A stretch of DNA of 63,914 bases, filler included, from Olpidium bornovanus S191 (GCA_017911155.1; 32 parts of 32 records of this genome joined end to end with filler, not necessarily neighbours in it); one strand, 5' to 3'. Counted from the whole stretch's first letter, positions 23,197 to 35,458 are shown. The notes: generated from the letters alone by a model not told the origin. A program made the numbers and translations.

Positions 23197-25812
23197 TCAG
23201 TACAGCGACGACACAATCTCCCGTATGGCGTTTTCCTCGTCGACGGCGAGCTCGCACAGGTCCTCGATCAACAGGTGAACCTCCACGACGCCCGATGCCC
23301 TGGCTGCAGCGAGGTACCCGCGCTTCTCCGCGGGGGGTTGCGCCTTGCCCCTGCGCGCCCCCCCCGCCACAGCCGCAGCCGCGGCCGCCGCCCCGGGGAA
23401 GTCGTCACAGTCGCCTGAGAGGGCCACCGCCGTCACCCGGTCAGGCGGCCCGTCCGCCGGCAGCGGCGGCCTTTTCGGGCCGGACAGGCGGCAGCTGTGG
23501 ACGGGTGAGGATTCCGACTCGAGGAGGTCCCACACCACGAGCTCGCCGGACCCATCGAGGGCGTAAAACACCGCGGGCCGGTGCGGCGAAAACCTCACCC
23601 AGGTGACCGCGGGGAGCTTCTCGGAAGGCGGCTGCGTCACGCCCCCGCACGCGGGGACGCTCCAGATGGGCGCCGACTCGTCAACGGCGTGGAGGGCGAT
23701 GTTGCCGTTGTCGTACCCGGACAGCAGCAGGGCGACCGCCGTAGGTGGCGCGGCGCGGCCGTCCGCCGTAGGTGGCGCGGCGCGGCCGTCCGCCGTCTCC
23801 TCCTCCTCCGAACTCGACAGCGGACGCGAAAACCACGGCCTCAAGAAGCACAGCGACAGCGGAACGCCGGCAGCCGGCGTCGGATCCTCGGCAGCGACTT
23901 CGAAAGCGCGGCCCGCCGGCAGGTACATGGGAGGGTAACACCTGTCCATGTACCGGGATGCCCGGAGGACGCAGCCGACGTCCGTCGCGCACGCGAAGCG
24001 CGACGGCTCGTCCGGTTGTATCACGCAATCGTGTACCACAAATCCCGAGCCTGCCGCCGGTTTGCTTGAAGATCTCCTGTGCGAACGTTGCGTGAAGAGC
24101 GGGCGTCAAAAACTTTACACGCCAGGGGCTCGGGTTGACGCGGGCTCAAAAATCCGTCGCACCGCCTTTGCAACTCAAACTGAAGACACCCGCTTGGGAT
24201 CAGCCTCGTCCGACTGTCGACGGCCATGCCCAGATCACTCTCGACCGCCGCCAAATCAGCATCTGCGAGTTCCGTCAGTACCTGCGGAGATTAGAAGCCG
24301 CCGTCGCGGGTTCGCGCTCAGCAACATCCCTCGCACAATTTTTATATTAGAGCTGAAGAAACCAAATTGAGACATGACCAACCCAAAGCTGCACAAAGCC
24401 GGACGTGTCCACCGACGCCAGAGCGACACTGCACGCCGCCGTCAATCCGCGAGCGCTTCCGACGGCGGTCGCAGTTGGCATCAGCGCGAGTTTGCAGATG
24501 GCACTGGCGTGGTGCTTCTGATCCGTGTACTGTCCCTCGGTATTGTACGAGGGGCGTTGGATGCCAATGACATTCCCTTTTCGGTCCGCCGTCACCACGG
24601 AGCTACTCGAGGGTTTCACAGAGTGTGCGGACGACCCCCGAGATGCCTCCCGGAGATTCCAAACCACAACACCGCCGTCACGGGTGCCAGCGACGACAAT
24701 GTGAGACCGGGACGCGACGTACTTGCAACAGACTGGTTCGCCCTCGCAAACGAGTATACTGCGCAAAGCCAGGCACAAAGTGATACAAAAATAAAGCGTA
24801 TCAGAGAACTGCCAGATGCTCCCCGCGACTGCGGAGAGAGAAGCAAGCCAACACGATTGAACGACAAGGAGTAACGTTTAGGAATCACAAATATTACATT
24901 TATTACCGTGACGGTCGAGTTGGTTCTTCGGTACGCCACGCCGCAATGAGGCCTGATGATCCCCATCGATTCGATGTCACGGTCCTGCCGGTAGGTAGGG
25001 ACCACACAGTGAGGAGCGCATGCGGATCGTCCGGCGCAAAGCAGACCGAGGTGATCGTGCGACCTGATGGTCGTTCTGTCAGAAAATTTCTCTCCTTTCT
25101 CGGAGTCAAGACTTTTGCAAAAGCCGCGCAAAACCCACCGTCAAAGATCTCTGCGTCACACAACAGAGATACAAATCCCTGGGATATGGTCAAATCGGTC
25201 GGCGCCAGCGACAGATGAGCCGCGCCTTCGCCTTCCAGATTTTCGTCCAGCAGCGCTTCCATCACCTTGATCAGACGATGCGGAAAGGCGAATGAACGGT
25301 GCGCCGGGCATCGAATTCAAAAAACTTGGTGTTCGGCTTCCCCCCTTTGCTTGATTTCCCTAAGCGATCTGAACCCGGGAATATGGTCACGTACCGGAGT
25401 CGCGGATCTTAAAAACCGCAGCAGGTTATCCGAATCCAGCTTTTTGGTATACCTGTTGAACTTCCGGATCTTCGCCTTGACTTCCTCCATCTGCTCTGCG
25501 ATGGACGAGGCTCGCGTTTTGCGTTCGGACTTCTCTGTCGCGCTGCTCCCACAGTCTAGGACACCCTCCGGCGGTGCCTGGGACCATTTGTCATCGACGA
25601 GCCAATCCTCGGCCTGCATCTCCCGGTCGACAAGGTCCTCCCCGGTCTGCGTGTATGACTAATTACCGCGAAACAGGTCAACATCCGGAAGCTCGGCGGG
25701 GTCAAACCGTGATATGGAAGACCCACCCTGTTGTACCTGTTGCGTGTTTGAGCTGCCAAAGTTCCGAATGTACAGTTCGTACTCGCTCATCGGTGGCAGA
25801 TCCAGGAGCATG
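23197..25812 (-). CDS. WDR60: WDR60/DYNC2I1 dynein-2 (retrograde IFT) intermediate chain, C-terminal part, multi-exon
   Basis: LLDLPPMSEYELYIRNFGSSNTQQ, LDSDNLLRFLRSATPVMEALLDEN, ILVCEGEPVCC...VVAGTRDGGVVVWNLRE, RPSYNTEG, LASVDTSGFVQLW, DLGMAVDSRTRL, SPHRPAVFYALDGSGELVVWDLLES. Confidence 0.88.
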
Positions 25813-25993
25813 NNNNNNNNNNNNNNNNNNNNNNNNNNNNNNNNNNNNNNNNNNNNTTAATTAATTAANNNNNNNNNNNNNNNNNNNNNNNNNNNNNNNN
25901 NNNNNNNNNNNNAACATCGTACTCTGGAAGTACGAATTCTCCTCCCGCGGCGGCCAGCAGCAGAGGAAATAAAAATAAAAAAGGTCGGCGACC

Positions 25994-27887
25994 ATGGAAG
26001 CGCCCGTTGCGCCTGCTTCCGCGCCGCCCGCCAACTGGCCGGCGGACCGGCAGCAGCAGCAGCACCATCACCACCACCATCAGGGGACCCATGCCGAGGA
26101 GAGCCGTTTTGCCGGCGGAGGAGGGGATTCAAACGGCCTCTTGCCGGCCGCCCACGCGCGGAGGGACGCTGAACCGAACCCCTACTCGCACTTGAACCCC
26201 TACTCGCTCTTGTCGATCGCCGCCGTCCTCGCGCTGCACACCGACGCCATGAGAGCCGTGTCCGTCCTAGGCTTTGCGGAGTACACCGTCGGCATGCTTG
26301 CCGAGCTCGCCGAGGAGAAGAAGAGGCTCGAGGAGCAGCTCGCCGCGGAGAGGGAGCGCGGGAGGAGGCTCGCCTGCGCCGCCCGCGCGATATTGGGACT
26401 GGACCCCGAGCCGCTGCAGCGCCTGGCCGCGCTGCGAGAGTGCCTGGACTCGTTGGGCTCGTTTGGCGCGACGGACCGGTCTGCCGACGATCCTGCGCCG
26501 GCGCCGGCGCCGTCGCCGGCGGGGAGCGTGGATCCCGCCGCGTCGGACGCCGCGCCGGCCGCCGGTCCCGAGCCGACCTCGGGAGCGGACCAGGAACTGG
26601 ACGACACCTGGCCATCAGGGAACGACCGCACACAGGTGCGTGAGCCGGACACGGCCCCCGCCGCCGCGTCCGACGAGCGGACCGAAGTGACGCCCCCGCC
26701 GCCGGATTCAAAGCCGTTTGCCGAGGGTCAAACCGAAACCGGGGGAGTCGAGGCCGCCGAGTTCGATGACTCCTTCGATTCCACCACAGTGGACATAGAG
26801 GTGCCGGTTCGCGACGTCGAAGAGGACGAAAGCTACGAGAGTTCGGTGGGATCGCGGCGCCTGCGCTGCACTCCTCAGCGAGCCAGAAAGAAAATGAAGA
26901 GGTCCAGTGCGCAGAGTTGGCAAGTTGGCCGCGCTTCTTCGGTCGATTGGCAGTCGCCTCCCGTCGGCCGCTCGGCGTCGGTTCCGAGGATTCCACAACC
27001 GGCCTATTCGTCCACTCCGATCGCCAGCACACCCGGCGGGGCTGGATTTGGGGAGGCGCTTGTTTCCAGGAGCAGTCAGCAGCCTGCTCGTGCTGCCGCG
27101 GGTCCCAAGCCCGCACCGGCGAGCGCGCTGAGTTCGTCTTCGGCGCGCAGAAGCTCGCGGCATTCTGTCACATTTGAGGACTCGCCGATGCAGGAGGCGA
27201 TCCAGAAGCCGAAGGCTTCGTGCGCCATTAAGGACACACCGGCCCCTGCCGCAAGCTCGGACGAGTCTTCGCCCAGGCGAGCCGTTCTCTCCGCGTTGTC
27301 TTTGGCGTCCGCGAAAGAAGCCCCGAGGTCACGCGCGGCGTCTCACCCGCCGCCCGGCACCAGCAGCATCGACTATGAGAACGTCCCGCAGACCGGTGCG
27401 CTCCTCCTCCACGGTCCGCCGCACCGCGCGAACTCGGCACCGAAGCCGGCGGCGGCTCCGGCCCCTGCCACGGGTCCGGCGCCGCAGAGGAGGGCCGTCC
27501 CGCCGGTGCTCGTAATGCCCGCGAGCCCCGGGCGGCTGACGATGCCGGCGCCGTTTGCGACGATCCTCGTTTCGCGGGAGCACTTCGACGCGTTCTGGAG
27601 GCTGAAGTACCCGGCGCCCAGCAGGCCGCGACCCATTGTGGCCGACTGCGACGGGCTGTCCTGGGACGCAAAGAACCCTTTCCCCTTCCCGACGCTCCAC
27701 CTCGGGCCGTGCGGCACGCTGATAGCGCTCGTTGGAATGACCCGGACGTATGGCTACGCCTACTTCATCCTCACCTACCTGGTCACCGGGTCCGACGACG
27801 GGTCCCCGCACTTCACCCTGGTCCCCTGTTTCTCCAAGGGCGACGTGTACATCAGCGCTGGGGAAGTGACGGGCTTGACGGCGGAGG
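25994..27887 (+). CDS. Long intronless hypothetical protein (coiled coil, disordered S/P/A region, globular C-terminal segment; 3' partial)
   Basis: More than 630 open codons with GC3-rich usage, His6 near the N-terminus and coiled coil LAELAEEKKRLEEQLAAERER. No family recognised. Confidence 0.6.
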
Positions 27888-27987
27888 NNNNNNNNNNNNN
27901 NNNNNNNNNNNNNNNNNNNNNNNNNNNNNNNTTAATTAATTAANNNNNNNNNNNNNNNNNNNNNNNNNNNNNNNNNNNNNNNNNNNN

Positions 27988-28400
27988 AAAATCAGATGCA
28001 GAATCGGACGCGGAATTCGCCGCAGAAACCGGACAGAAACAGACGGTGCATCAGATGCAAATTGGCGCAGAACCCGAAACAAAATCCGGCGCAGAATGCA
28101 GAACATGACGCAGAAATCTACACAGAAGGCAGAATTAGACGCAGATTCTAGCAAAGATTAGGACGCAGAATCAACACAGAATCCGACACAAAATTTAAAG
28201 CGAAATCTGACGCAGACTGCAACGCAAAATCCGAGCAGAAGTCGACGGAGAATCCGCCCCAGAATCTGCCCCGGAATCTGCCCTGGAATTCGGTGCAGAA
28301 TTTAAAGCAGAATCCGACACAGAATCTGGCACAGAATCTGACGCAGAATCTGACGCAGAATCTGACGCAGAATCCGGCGTAGAATCCGGTACAGAATTCG
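27988..28400. repeat. 12-bp minisatellite, consensus approximately CAGAATCYGRCR
   Basis: Near-perfect units at 28307-28398 (CAGAATCTGACG x3 and variants), degenerating leftwards. Confidence 0.9.
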
Positions 28401-29078
28401 CCTTGTTTGCTCACTATTCCTTATATTCGCAAACTTGTAGGATCCCAGTCATGTTTGTATGGGGATTGCATGGAAGGACGAAACCCCGGCATAAACTTCC
28501 CACGCGCACCTTTTTTTTATTTGACGGCCGTGGCTGGTCATAAGCCCTGAAGTTTTGACGCCGTGGAAGGAAGGGCGGAGGGAAGGAAGAAAGCCAGGCT
28601 TTTTTTTTTGGAAGTGCGGGCGGCGGAAGATGGGTCTGCGCTGGGCCTGTCCGGTTTTGTCCTATTAGATGTATGGAGGACAGGGGAGGAGTGTAGCGAC
28701 TGACCGGGCGCTGCCATCCTGCGATCCTTCCGTCCTTCCTTCCTTAACGGCATCGGGCGCGCGCGCACCTTTTTCCTTTTTTTTTTTTTTTTTTTTTTTT
28801 TCGTGCCCGCGGTTGGTCTGAACCCCTAAATGTTTGACGCCTAGAAAGGAAGGGCGGAAGGAAGGAAGAAGGAAGGACGGAAGGGAGGAAATACAAAAGT
28901 TTACATCAGGTCTACTCAGAAGGACAGAAGTTCACCTTGAGGGGCCGCTGCGTGTGTTGGGAAGCTGCGTGTGTTGGGAAGGTGGCGGAAGGTGGCGTTG
29001 GTTCCGCGTCTTTTTAACCGCCGCAAGTTTATTGTTCGACAGCGGGTTTCTTAACCTGGCCAAAAACGAAAGGAAAGA

Positions 29079-29116
<38 letters not shown>

Positions 29117-29221
29117 CCCCCCCCCCCCCCCCCGCCCCCCCCCCCCCCCCCCCCCTTCCCGCGCGGGAGAAGGGGAGAAGAAGTGAGCGGGAGAGACGAA
29201 CCGCTGATTTTTCATATCATC

Positions 29222-29282
29222 TCATCCCCCGGGGATGATCCCGCGCGGGCCTGCCGCGCCGGGCGTCCCGCGGCGAGCCCCG

Positions 29283-29322
<40 letters not shown>

Positions 29323-30170
29323 GGCGGCGCGACCGGCCGGGCCGGCGGAGGCGGCAGGAACAGCAGCCGCGCCGGCAGGCGGCGGAAGAGGTGCCCGCAC
29401 AGCCGCGCGGCGGAGGTGACGGGGAAGACGGCCGCGCTCGCGGCGAGCAAGGCCCGCCGACGGCCGGCGCGGGCGGCGCTGCCGCTCCCCGCCCGGCGCC
29501 GCTCCTTCCCCCGGGGACGCGCGCGGCGCCGGGCCCCCCGCGGGCGCGAGCAGCGCCGCCGCCTGCGCCGCGGCCAGCCGGAGCGCCTCCTCCTGCCCGC
29601 GGACCCGGGTCTCCAGCTGCTGGAACCGCTCCTCCGAGTACCCCCTCAGGAAGTCGTCCCGCCGCTCCCCGCGCCTCCTGGCCCTGGTGAGGCGCTCCAG
29701 GCCCGGCGCGATCGTCTCCCGGGCCGCGTCCTCGCTCGCCCTCCGCGCGGCCCGCGCCCCCCTCCCCGAGCGAGGACAGCTCCGCCTCCAGCGCGCCGAC
29801 CCGCCGGCGCAGCAGCTCCACCTCGGCGTACGGGAAATGCGCCCGGTGCCGCAGCGCCAGCGCCCGCCCTTTCGCCAGCGCCACGACGTGCGCCAGCGGC
29901 CGCATGCTGGCCGCCATGACGAAGACCAGGATGTTGAGTTGCTGAAGTACCTGTCGCACCCGGAGAGCGCCGCCCGGGCCGCGCCGAGCGTCCACCCGCC
30001 GAAAAGCGGCGAGAGCACCACCAGGAACAGCGAAACGTGCTTCTGCCGCCGCAGCCGCGCCGCCGCCTGCTCCCGCCGGCCGTCCGCCTGTGTCTTCTCC
30101 GGCCGCCGGCCCGCCGGCGGGTTCGCCTCGAGCGGAGCTCCCGCCGCCGAGCCGCGCTCCACGGCCGCGT
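29222..30170 (-). CDS. Conserved fungal-type membrane/coiled-coil hypothetical protein with a homopolymer frameshift
   Basis: ILVFVMAASMRPLAHVVALAKGRALALR...ELLRRRVGALEAEL continues in another frame as IAPGLERLTRARRRGERRDDFLRGYSEERFQQLETRV; the shift falls at the C6 run 29757-29762. Confidence 0.5.
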
Positions 30171-30647
30171 AGTGGAGTTCCCACGGAACTGCCCGCAGTC
30201 AAACGTTTCCGACATTAGAAAAAAACAAAAAAAAAAAAAAAAAAATGGGCGCTCCCGTGCCCCCCCTGCCTCTGGGAGTTTTCGCAGTTCGGCAACGGCC
30301 CACCCACGCACGCGCATACGTCGCCCCGTCGTCCTCGTCCAACTTCTCCGTCCCCGCGCAAGCCTGGGGGACCTCATGTTCGTTTTCTTTTTTCTTATTT
30401 CCTTTTTGCGCAACGGAACCGGCCTCCCGCACCTTTGATAATGTGATACAGCTGGATCGCGATCAAGAAGATCAGCAGGAAGCCCGACCAGGCCTCGCTG
30501 CTGCCGAAAAAAGCGCTGCCGAGCGGGGGCACGACGGCCAGCAAAATNNNNNNNNNNNNNNNNNNNNNNNNNNNNNNNNNNNNNNNNNNNNTTAATTAAT
30601 TAANNNNNNNNNNNNNNNNNNNNNNNNNNNNNNNNNNNNNNNNNNNN

Positions 30648-31197
30648 GCGCGGATGATGAAGCCTTGTCTCTCCACATGCGGTAGATAATCCTCCATGGC
30701 AGCCTGCGTCAGTGCGCTGTCTTTGACCGGATGAAGTAGCTCCTTGCCCGCCTTTTGGGCCTGACACAGGTCATTGCGTACTTGTTCTCATGAAGGTCTA
30801 CACGGACAGCTTCATCTGCTTTGCCGGATGCGTTGTCGTTTGGTGGGTGCGGTTTGCGAGTTTGCTTGCCCAGTTGGCAAGGTTCGCACGTCACTGCGCC
30901 CGGTGTCCAAAGTCAAGCTTTTGTTATTTCACCCTCTGCTGGCCGTTGTAGGAGGCGGGGTTTGGCTTGCCCGAGGGGTCCCATCCGCGCATGCCACACG
31001 TCAATGTCGGTCCTGACGGTTGCCGTGAGGGCGCTGTCGCCACTGATGCCAATGTCAAGGTTGTTATTGGCATTGACCGCAACCCCACCTGAGTCCGCCA
31101 GGTTTGCCGTTCCATCCAAGTAGAATAGCCTGTCGTTGTTGTCATGGATGATAAACCAGTCACGTGACCACAGATACATCCCACCTTCACTCTTCAT
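30648..31197 (-). mobile_element. Degenerate Ty1/copia pol fragment (GAG-pre-integrase and integrase Zn domain)
   Basis: DVWHARMGP (WHxRLGH-like) and TCEPCQLGKQTRKPH...VRVDL, with frameshifts and stops. Confidence 0.85.
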
Positions 31198-31281
31198 ACT
31201 TTCCCTGACACACCCACAAATTCACACAATGTAAAAGAACAAGAACGCGATAGGTTCCCAACGCGACTTTTCTGACCATCA

Positions 31282-31460
31282 CCGCTCTGCGCAGCAGCCG
31301 CGCGCCGCCCTTCTCTGCGCTTTCGCCGCCGCCGCCTTCTCTGCGTGGCAACCGCGCGCCGCCCTTCTCTGCGCTTTCGCTGACGCCGCGTTCTGTGCGT
31401 GGCAGCAGCGCGCCGCCCTTCTCAGTCGCGCCTTCTCTGCGCAGCAGCTGCGCGCCGCCG
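31282..31460. repeat. ~48-bp tandem repeat (GCAGCCGCGCGCCGCCCTTCTCTGCGCTTTCGC...)
   Basis: About 3 imperfect copies; the minus strand reads RRAARGCHAEKAAAAKAQ-type repeats. Confidence 0.8.
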
Positions 31461-31486
31461 CCCCTTCCGTCGACCAGCCTCCATCC

Positions 31487-32143
31487 TTGGCCTTCGACCC
31501 GCGCATGCCCTCGCCTTGCCGCCGCCGCTGCCGCGGCTCCGGGACACCCGGGCCTGACCCCGGTACGTCCGCCGCCGAACCGCCGTCGACCGCCCTTTCC
31601 TTGGCGGCCCTTTCGACCGCGCCGTTGATGGCAACTCCGTCGACCGTTCCCGCCACGACCGCTCTCGCCCCGGCCGTCTCCTCCGGTGAGGTAGACGCGC
31701 TTGCGGCCGCTGCTGCAATACCGCTTCCCGCAGACGAGCCGATGCTCGACCTCCCATCACGCACCGTGCTTGTTTTTGGCTCGGTTGAAGTCCCGCTCGC
31801 CCTTACCGTCTTTTCCGTCGCCGACGTCGACCTGACTGCTTTGTCGACGCTCAAACGCCAACACGCCTCTACGTGGCGTGAGAGCGCAACGACAACTCTC
31901 GGCGTCAAGTGCGCCACCGTCATCTTTCGCGACTTCGCTCCTGCGATCGACGCTGTCGTTGCTGACCACTCCGTTTCGCTTGCCGACCTCACCACCGCCT
32001 TGAGGGAACTCGAGCCTGCCGTCATGGAGGCCGCAACGGTCTACCGCCGCAACCACGGCACTCTCGCGCATTTCCGACAAACGCTCACGTCGGCCACCCA
32101 CCGCGTTTGCGTCGAGCCGACCGCTCCGGCCTCCGCCATCGAC
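31487..32143 (+). mobile_element. Possible retrotransposon Gag-like ORF (3' partial)
   Basis: Intronless ORF next to a copia remnant; LADLTTALRELE...RRNHGTLAHFRQTL loosely resembles the retrotransposon Gag capsid helices. Confidence 0.3.
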
Positions 32144-34113
32144 NNNNNNNNNNNNNNNNNNNNNNNNNNNNNNNNNNNNNNNNNNNNTTAATTAATTAAN
32201 NNNNNNNNNNNNNNNNNNNNNNNNNNNNNNNNNNNNNNNNNNNCCTCCACATTCACTCACCTTTCTATCCGCTTTTCTTGCCCAATTCCCTAAAACCGTA
32301 TATACTTTACGTATTTGCGCCACGCCCTTCCTCCAAATACGAGAATTATAAGGTTTTCATGCCGCCCAATTTTTTTTTCAAAGCAAGACTGTCCAGCAAA
32401 TCAAAACTGTCGCAAACCACACCCCATTCTCACTCATTAAAGAAATACCCACTTTCTCCCCGAACATGATCATCTCCCCCTCTTTTTTTCTTGCATGCGC
32501 AATGCACATCTAGTGAATCAAATTTGGCCTGATATATCGACTTTTTTGCTGTACGGCATCAGCGGGCGGGGTGGCGTGGGGGGGTGGGGGGGAAGAGGGG
32601 GGTGAAGAAAGAAGGGCGGGGCCGATCTGCAACCTGAAAACCTTTCGCCGTGTATGTGTGCGTTTGGTGGTAGTGAAGGAGGGGAGGCGTGTCGGGCGGC
32701 TGAGACTTTGGGCGGCTTCGGAGGGCTCCGCTGGAGCTGGCGCTGGGGAAGCGGCGGCAGCAGTTCGTGGAGGGTTGGTGCGCGTGCGCGCAAGCGAGCG
32801 TGTGTGTGCCTGTGCGCGCGGGTTCGACTGGTTTGCGCGTGTTCCCTATTTTTTTTCTTCTTAGGCAGGAGCGGCTGGGTTCTTGCTCTCGACGTATAGC
32901 GGCCATTGCAGCATTACCAGCCGGTGATACGGGCAAACCCGGGCTCGCCGGCGGATGCTTCGCCCGCGCACACTTCAGGTCAGTTTCCCATCCGGCTTTT
33001 CTTGTATATTACCTGCCAAAAAGCCGTCCTCAATCGTGGGAGACAGTCTGCGGCCGGGGAAGCAAAAGCTTCTGGCCTTTTGGTGGAACACGCCTGACGA
33101 AAAATACCTGCGTATGGAACGTTCCTTTTCTTGCCTTTTGCAGCGTGTTTCTGTGAAAAAAGTTAGTTGAAGAACGCACATTTAGAAAGTGCCTAGGGTT
33201 GCGGACTTATAAAATTCCCGCAGAACGTTAACTAGACTTCGGTGAGTTTTGCTAACTTTAACATTTCAAATTGAAATTCAAAATACCCACAACAAACAAA
33301 GCAATGCCCATTTCATTGGCACTTTTCTTAGGTGACAACATGGCGTCGACCCTTACATTTTCGCAGGCAAGGGCCGTGCTCGTGGGGGGCCAGGGGGCGT
33401 GCTGCCGGGGGGCCGGGGGAAGGGGCGGGGACTTGATGCCGGATATGACACAAGAGGTAACAGTCGGTTGAAGCTTTGAAAGCCAAATTCGAGGCCTGGT
33501 TTTCATCGCAAATTTGATCTGCGAATTTGATGCGGGAATGGACGGCAGATTCGCTGCCCTTTTGAAGCTGGATTTGGTGCCGGGCTTGACGCCTGATGTT
33601 ATAACCTAGCTTGATACCAGATTTAAAACCGGGTTTTGTCCCGTCCTTCCTTCCAAAGGCGAAGGGGAAATCGCAGTCGAAAGTGCGGAGGCGGCAATGC
33701 GAAGGCCACGGCCGCCAATGCTATAGCGAAAACCGCGGGCTGGCGAAGGCGGAACGAGGGGCGGGGGGCGCGGTAGGGATTCGGGGAGGAGGGGTGCAAG
33801 GCCAAGGAAATCCGAAATAAATTCTTGCCCCTCACTCGTCATCTTCGTGCGCCGCGCCTCCCAGCATCGCGCGGTCCTTTGCGCGGAGATTGTGTGTGAG
33901 TCGCGCAGCCCCCGGCGCGCGCACGCCGCTCGCGGCGGCTTGGCCACAAACGCACACCCCCCGGCAAGCCCGCGTCGAGGGCCTGCGTGCATGACAGGCA
34001 GGNNNNNNNNNNNNNNNNNNNNNNNNNNNNNNNNNNNNNNNNNNNNTTAATTAATTAANNNNNNNNNNNNNNNNNNNNNNNNNNNNNNNNNNNNNNNNNN
34101 NNCACGGAGAGGG

Positions 34114-34149
<36 letters not shown>

Positions 34150-34155
<6 letters not shown>

Positions 34156-34690
34156 GCTGCCCGTTCTTGATCTGTGTGTTTCAATCCCGAAGTTCTTCAA
34201 GATGTTACGAGGACGAGCTGCAACGCGCTACGGTAAACCCCTCTTGGGGCTATATCGTTAGACGTGTTTTCGTTACGGCAGCAGTGCGGTTTTGGTGTGA
34301 ACAGCAATCCCCGATTAAATCTTGGCCCGGCAAACCCGCGACACTCGCGGGGAACCGTTCGGTACTGCAAAATTCTGCTTGTCTTGCCGAGAACAAGGAG
34401 TCTACGGCCTTTTGCCGGCGTTGATTGATCGTTATTCAGAAAAAAAGGGCAGGGTGCCCAACGAAACCGAGCTGCTTGTCTATTGGGGAGCACGCGCGCG
34501 CAGGGATCTCCCAAGTCTTTCTGAGATGGTCGAGTATTAACCTCAGCATCCAAGCAACCAGGTGCTCCAGCCGAGTGAATAGTCTCGCGAGGGCGTTCGT
34601 GACATGAGACGGGATCGTGCTTCGCTGGCGCCTGAGATAGTTGAGACGATCTTGCGTCTCAGGAATTGGTTTCGCCAGTTTGGCAGATTT
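34150..34690 (+). mobile_element. Degenerate hAT DNA transposase, C-terminal dimerisation domain
   Basis: ELLVYWGARARRDLPSLSEMV, LSIQATRCSS and RRDRASLAPEIVETILRLRNW match the hAT WW..P.L..A...LSIPATS..ER.FS...R.L pattern, broken by stops and shifts. Confidence 0.75.
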
Positions 34691-35296
34691 TGTCTTGCAG
34701 ATTGACCTCGAGTGGAAAGCAATTAGTATGCAGTAATGCAGGATGTCACAAAACATTTGTTGTCACAACTTTGAGCTACTGAAATGCTTAAAATATATAC
34801 CGTGCCTGGCAGGTGCACCTATCAGGTCACAGTAGGTTAGCAGGTTCAGGCAGCAGGTCAGGACCGCCGACACCTGTTACGTTATAAATTTCGGGTTTGG
34901 TTGCGGGGATGTTCTGACTGCGGGGAACCCTCCCACCCGGCCCCACCTCTCGCCCTCCCTCTTCCCCCTTTTCGCCTCTTGCGCCGTGCGGGGATTCTTT
35001 CGCCAAATGGTTTCTGCGAAATTCTAACCCCCGGTCGGTTTTTTCCCCCCCTTTTCCTCCCCTAGGTCCCTCAACCACCCCTCCTCACCTTCCCTACAAG
35101 CCTCCACACGGGATTTTCCTTGCGATTAAGGCCACCCCTACCCCCCAATAAAGAAACCTAAAAAAATTCCAAGTTGTAATTTTTTTTTCTTCAGAACCCG
35201 CGCTGCGCGCTAGGGGTAAATGGCGAAAGGGTGGAGGCAGATGGTGGGTGGGGGGCGCATACGCTACAGATATTGGTGATCCGAGAGTGTCAATTT

Positions 35297-35458
35297 ACCG
35301 CGAGGGCTTGTCCCCCGGGCACCAGAAAGCGCGTGAAAGGGTTTACAAAGTGGCAGAGGGGGGGAAGGTGGGTGGCGGGCGCAAACGCTGAAGAGATTGT
35401 TAACCCGAGGTTACCGCGAGGGCTTGTTCGTCGGGCACCAGAAGGCGCGTGAAAGGGT
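35297..35458. repeat. Imperfect ~47-bp direct repeat (TTACCGCGAGGGCTTGT...GGGCACCAGAA.GCGCGTGAAAGGGT)
   Basis: Copies at ~35297 and ~35412. Confidence 0.75.

Noticed and set aside
27580-27612. FDAFWRLKYP as a phage replication-initiator (FxxFWxxYP) motif
   Set aside because: The match is too short and the spacing differs; the surrounding sequence gives no support.
25857-27671. Long antisense ORFs opposite GC-rich genes (also 16058-16942, 43475-44796, 57754-58762)
   Set aside because: Shadow ORFs caused by high GC3 on the coding strand; Arg/Pro/Ala-rich with no motifs.
28148-28414. Cys-rich (FCVR)n metallothionein-like peptide
   Set aside because: A translation of the 12-bp minisatellite from a GTG start; indels break the frame nearby.
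32244-34002. Minus-strand hypothetical gene starting MTSEGQEFISDFLGL
   Set aside because: A plausible first exon, but there is no recognisable domain and the exon chain is unresolved.
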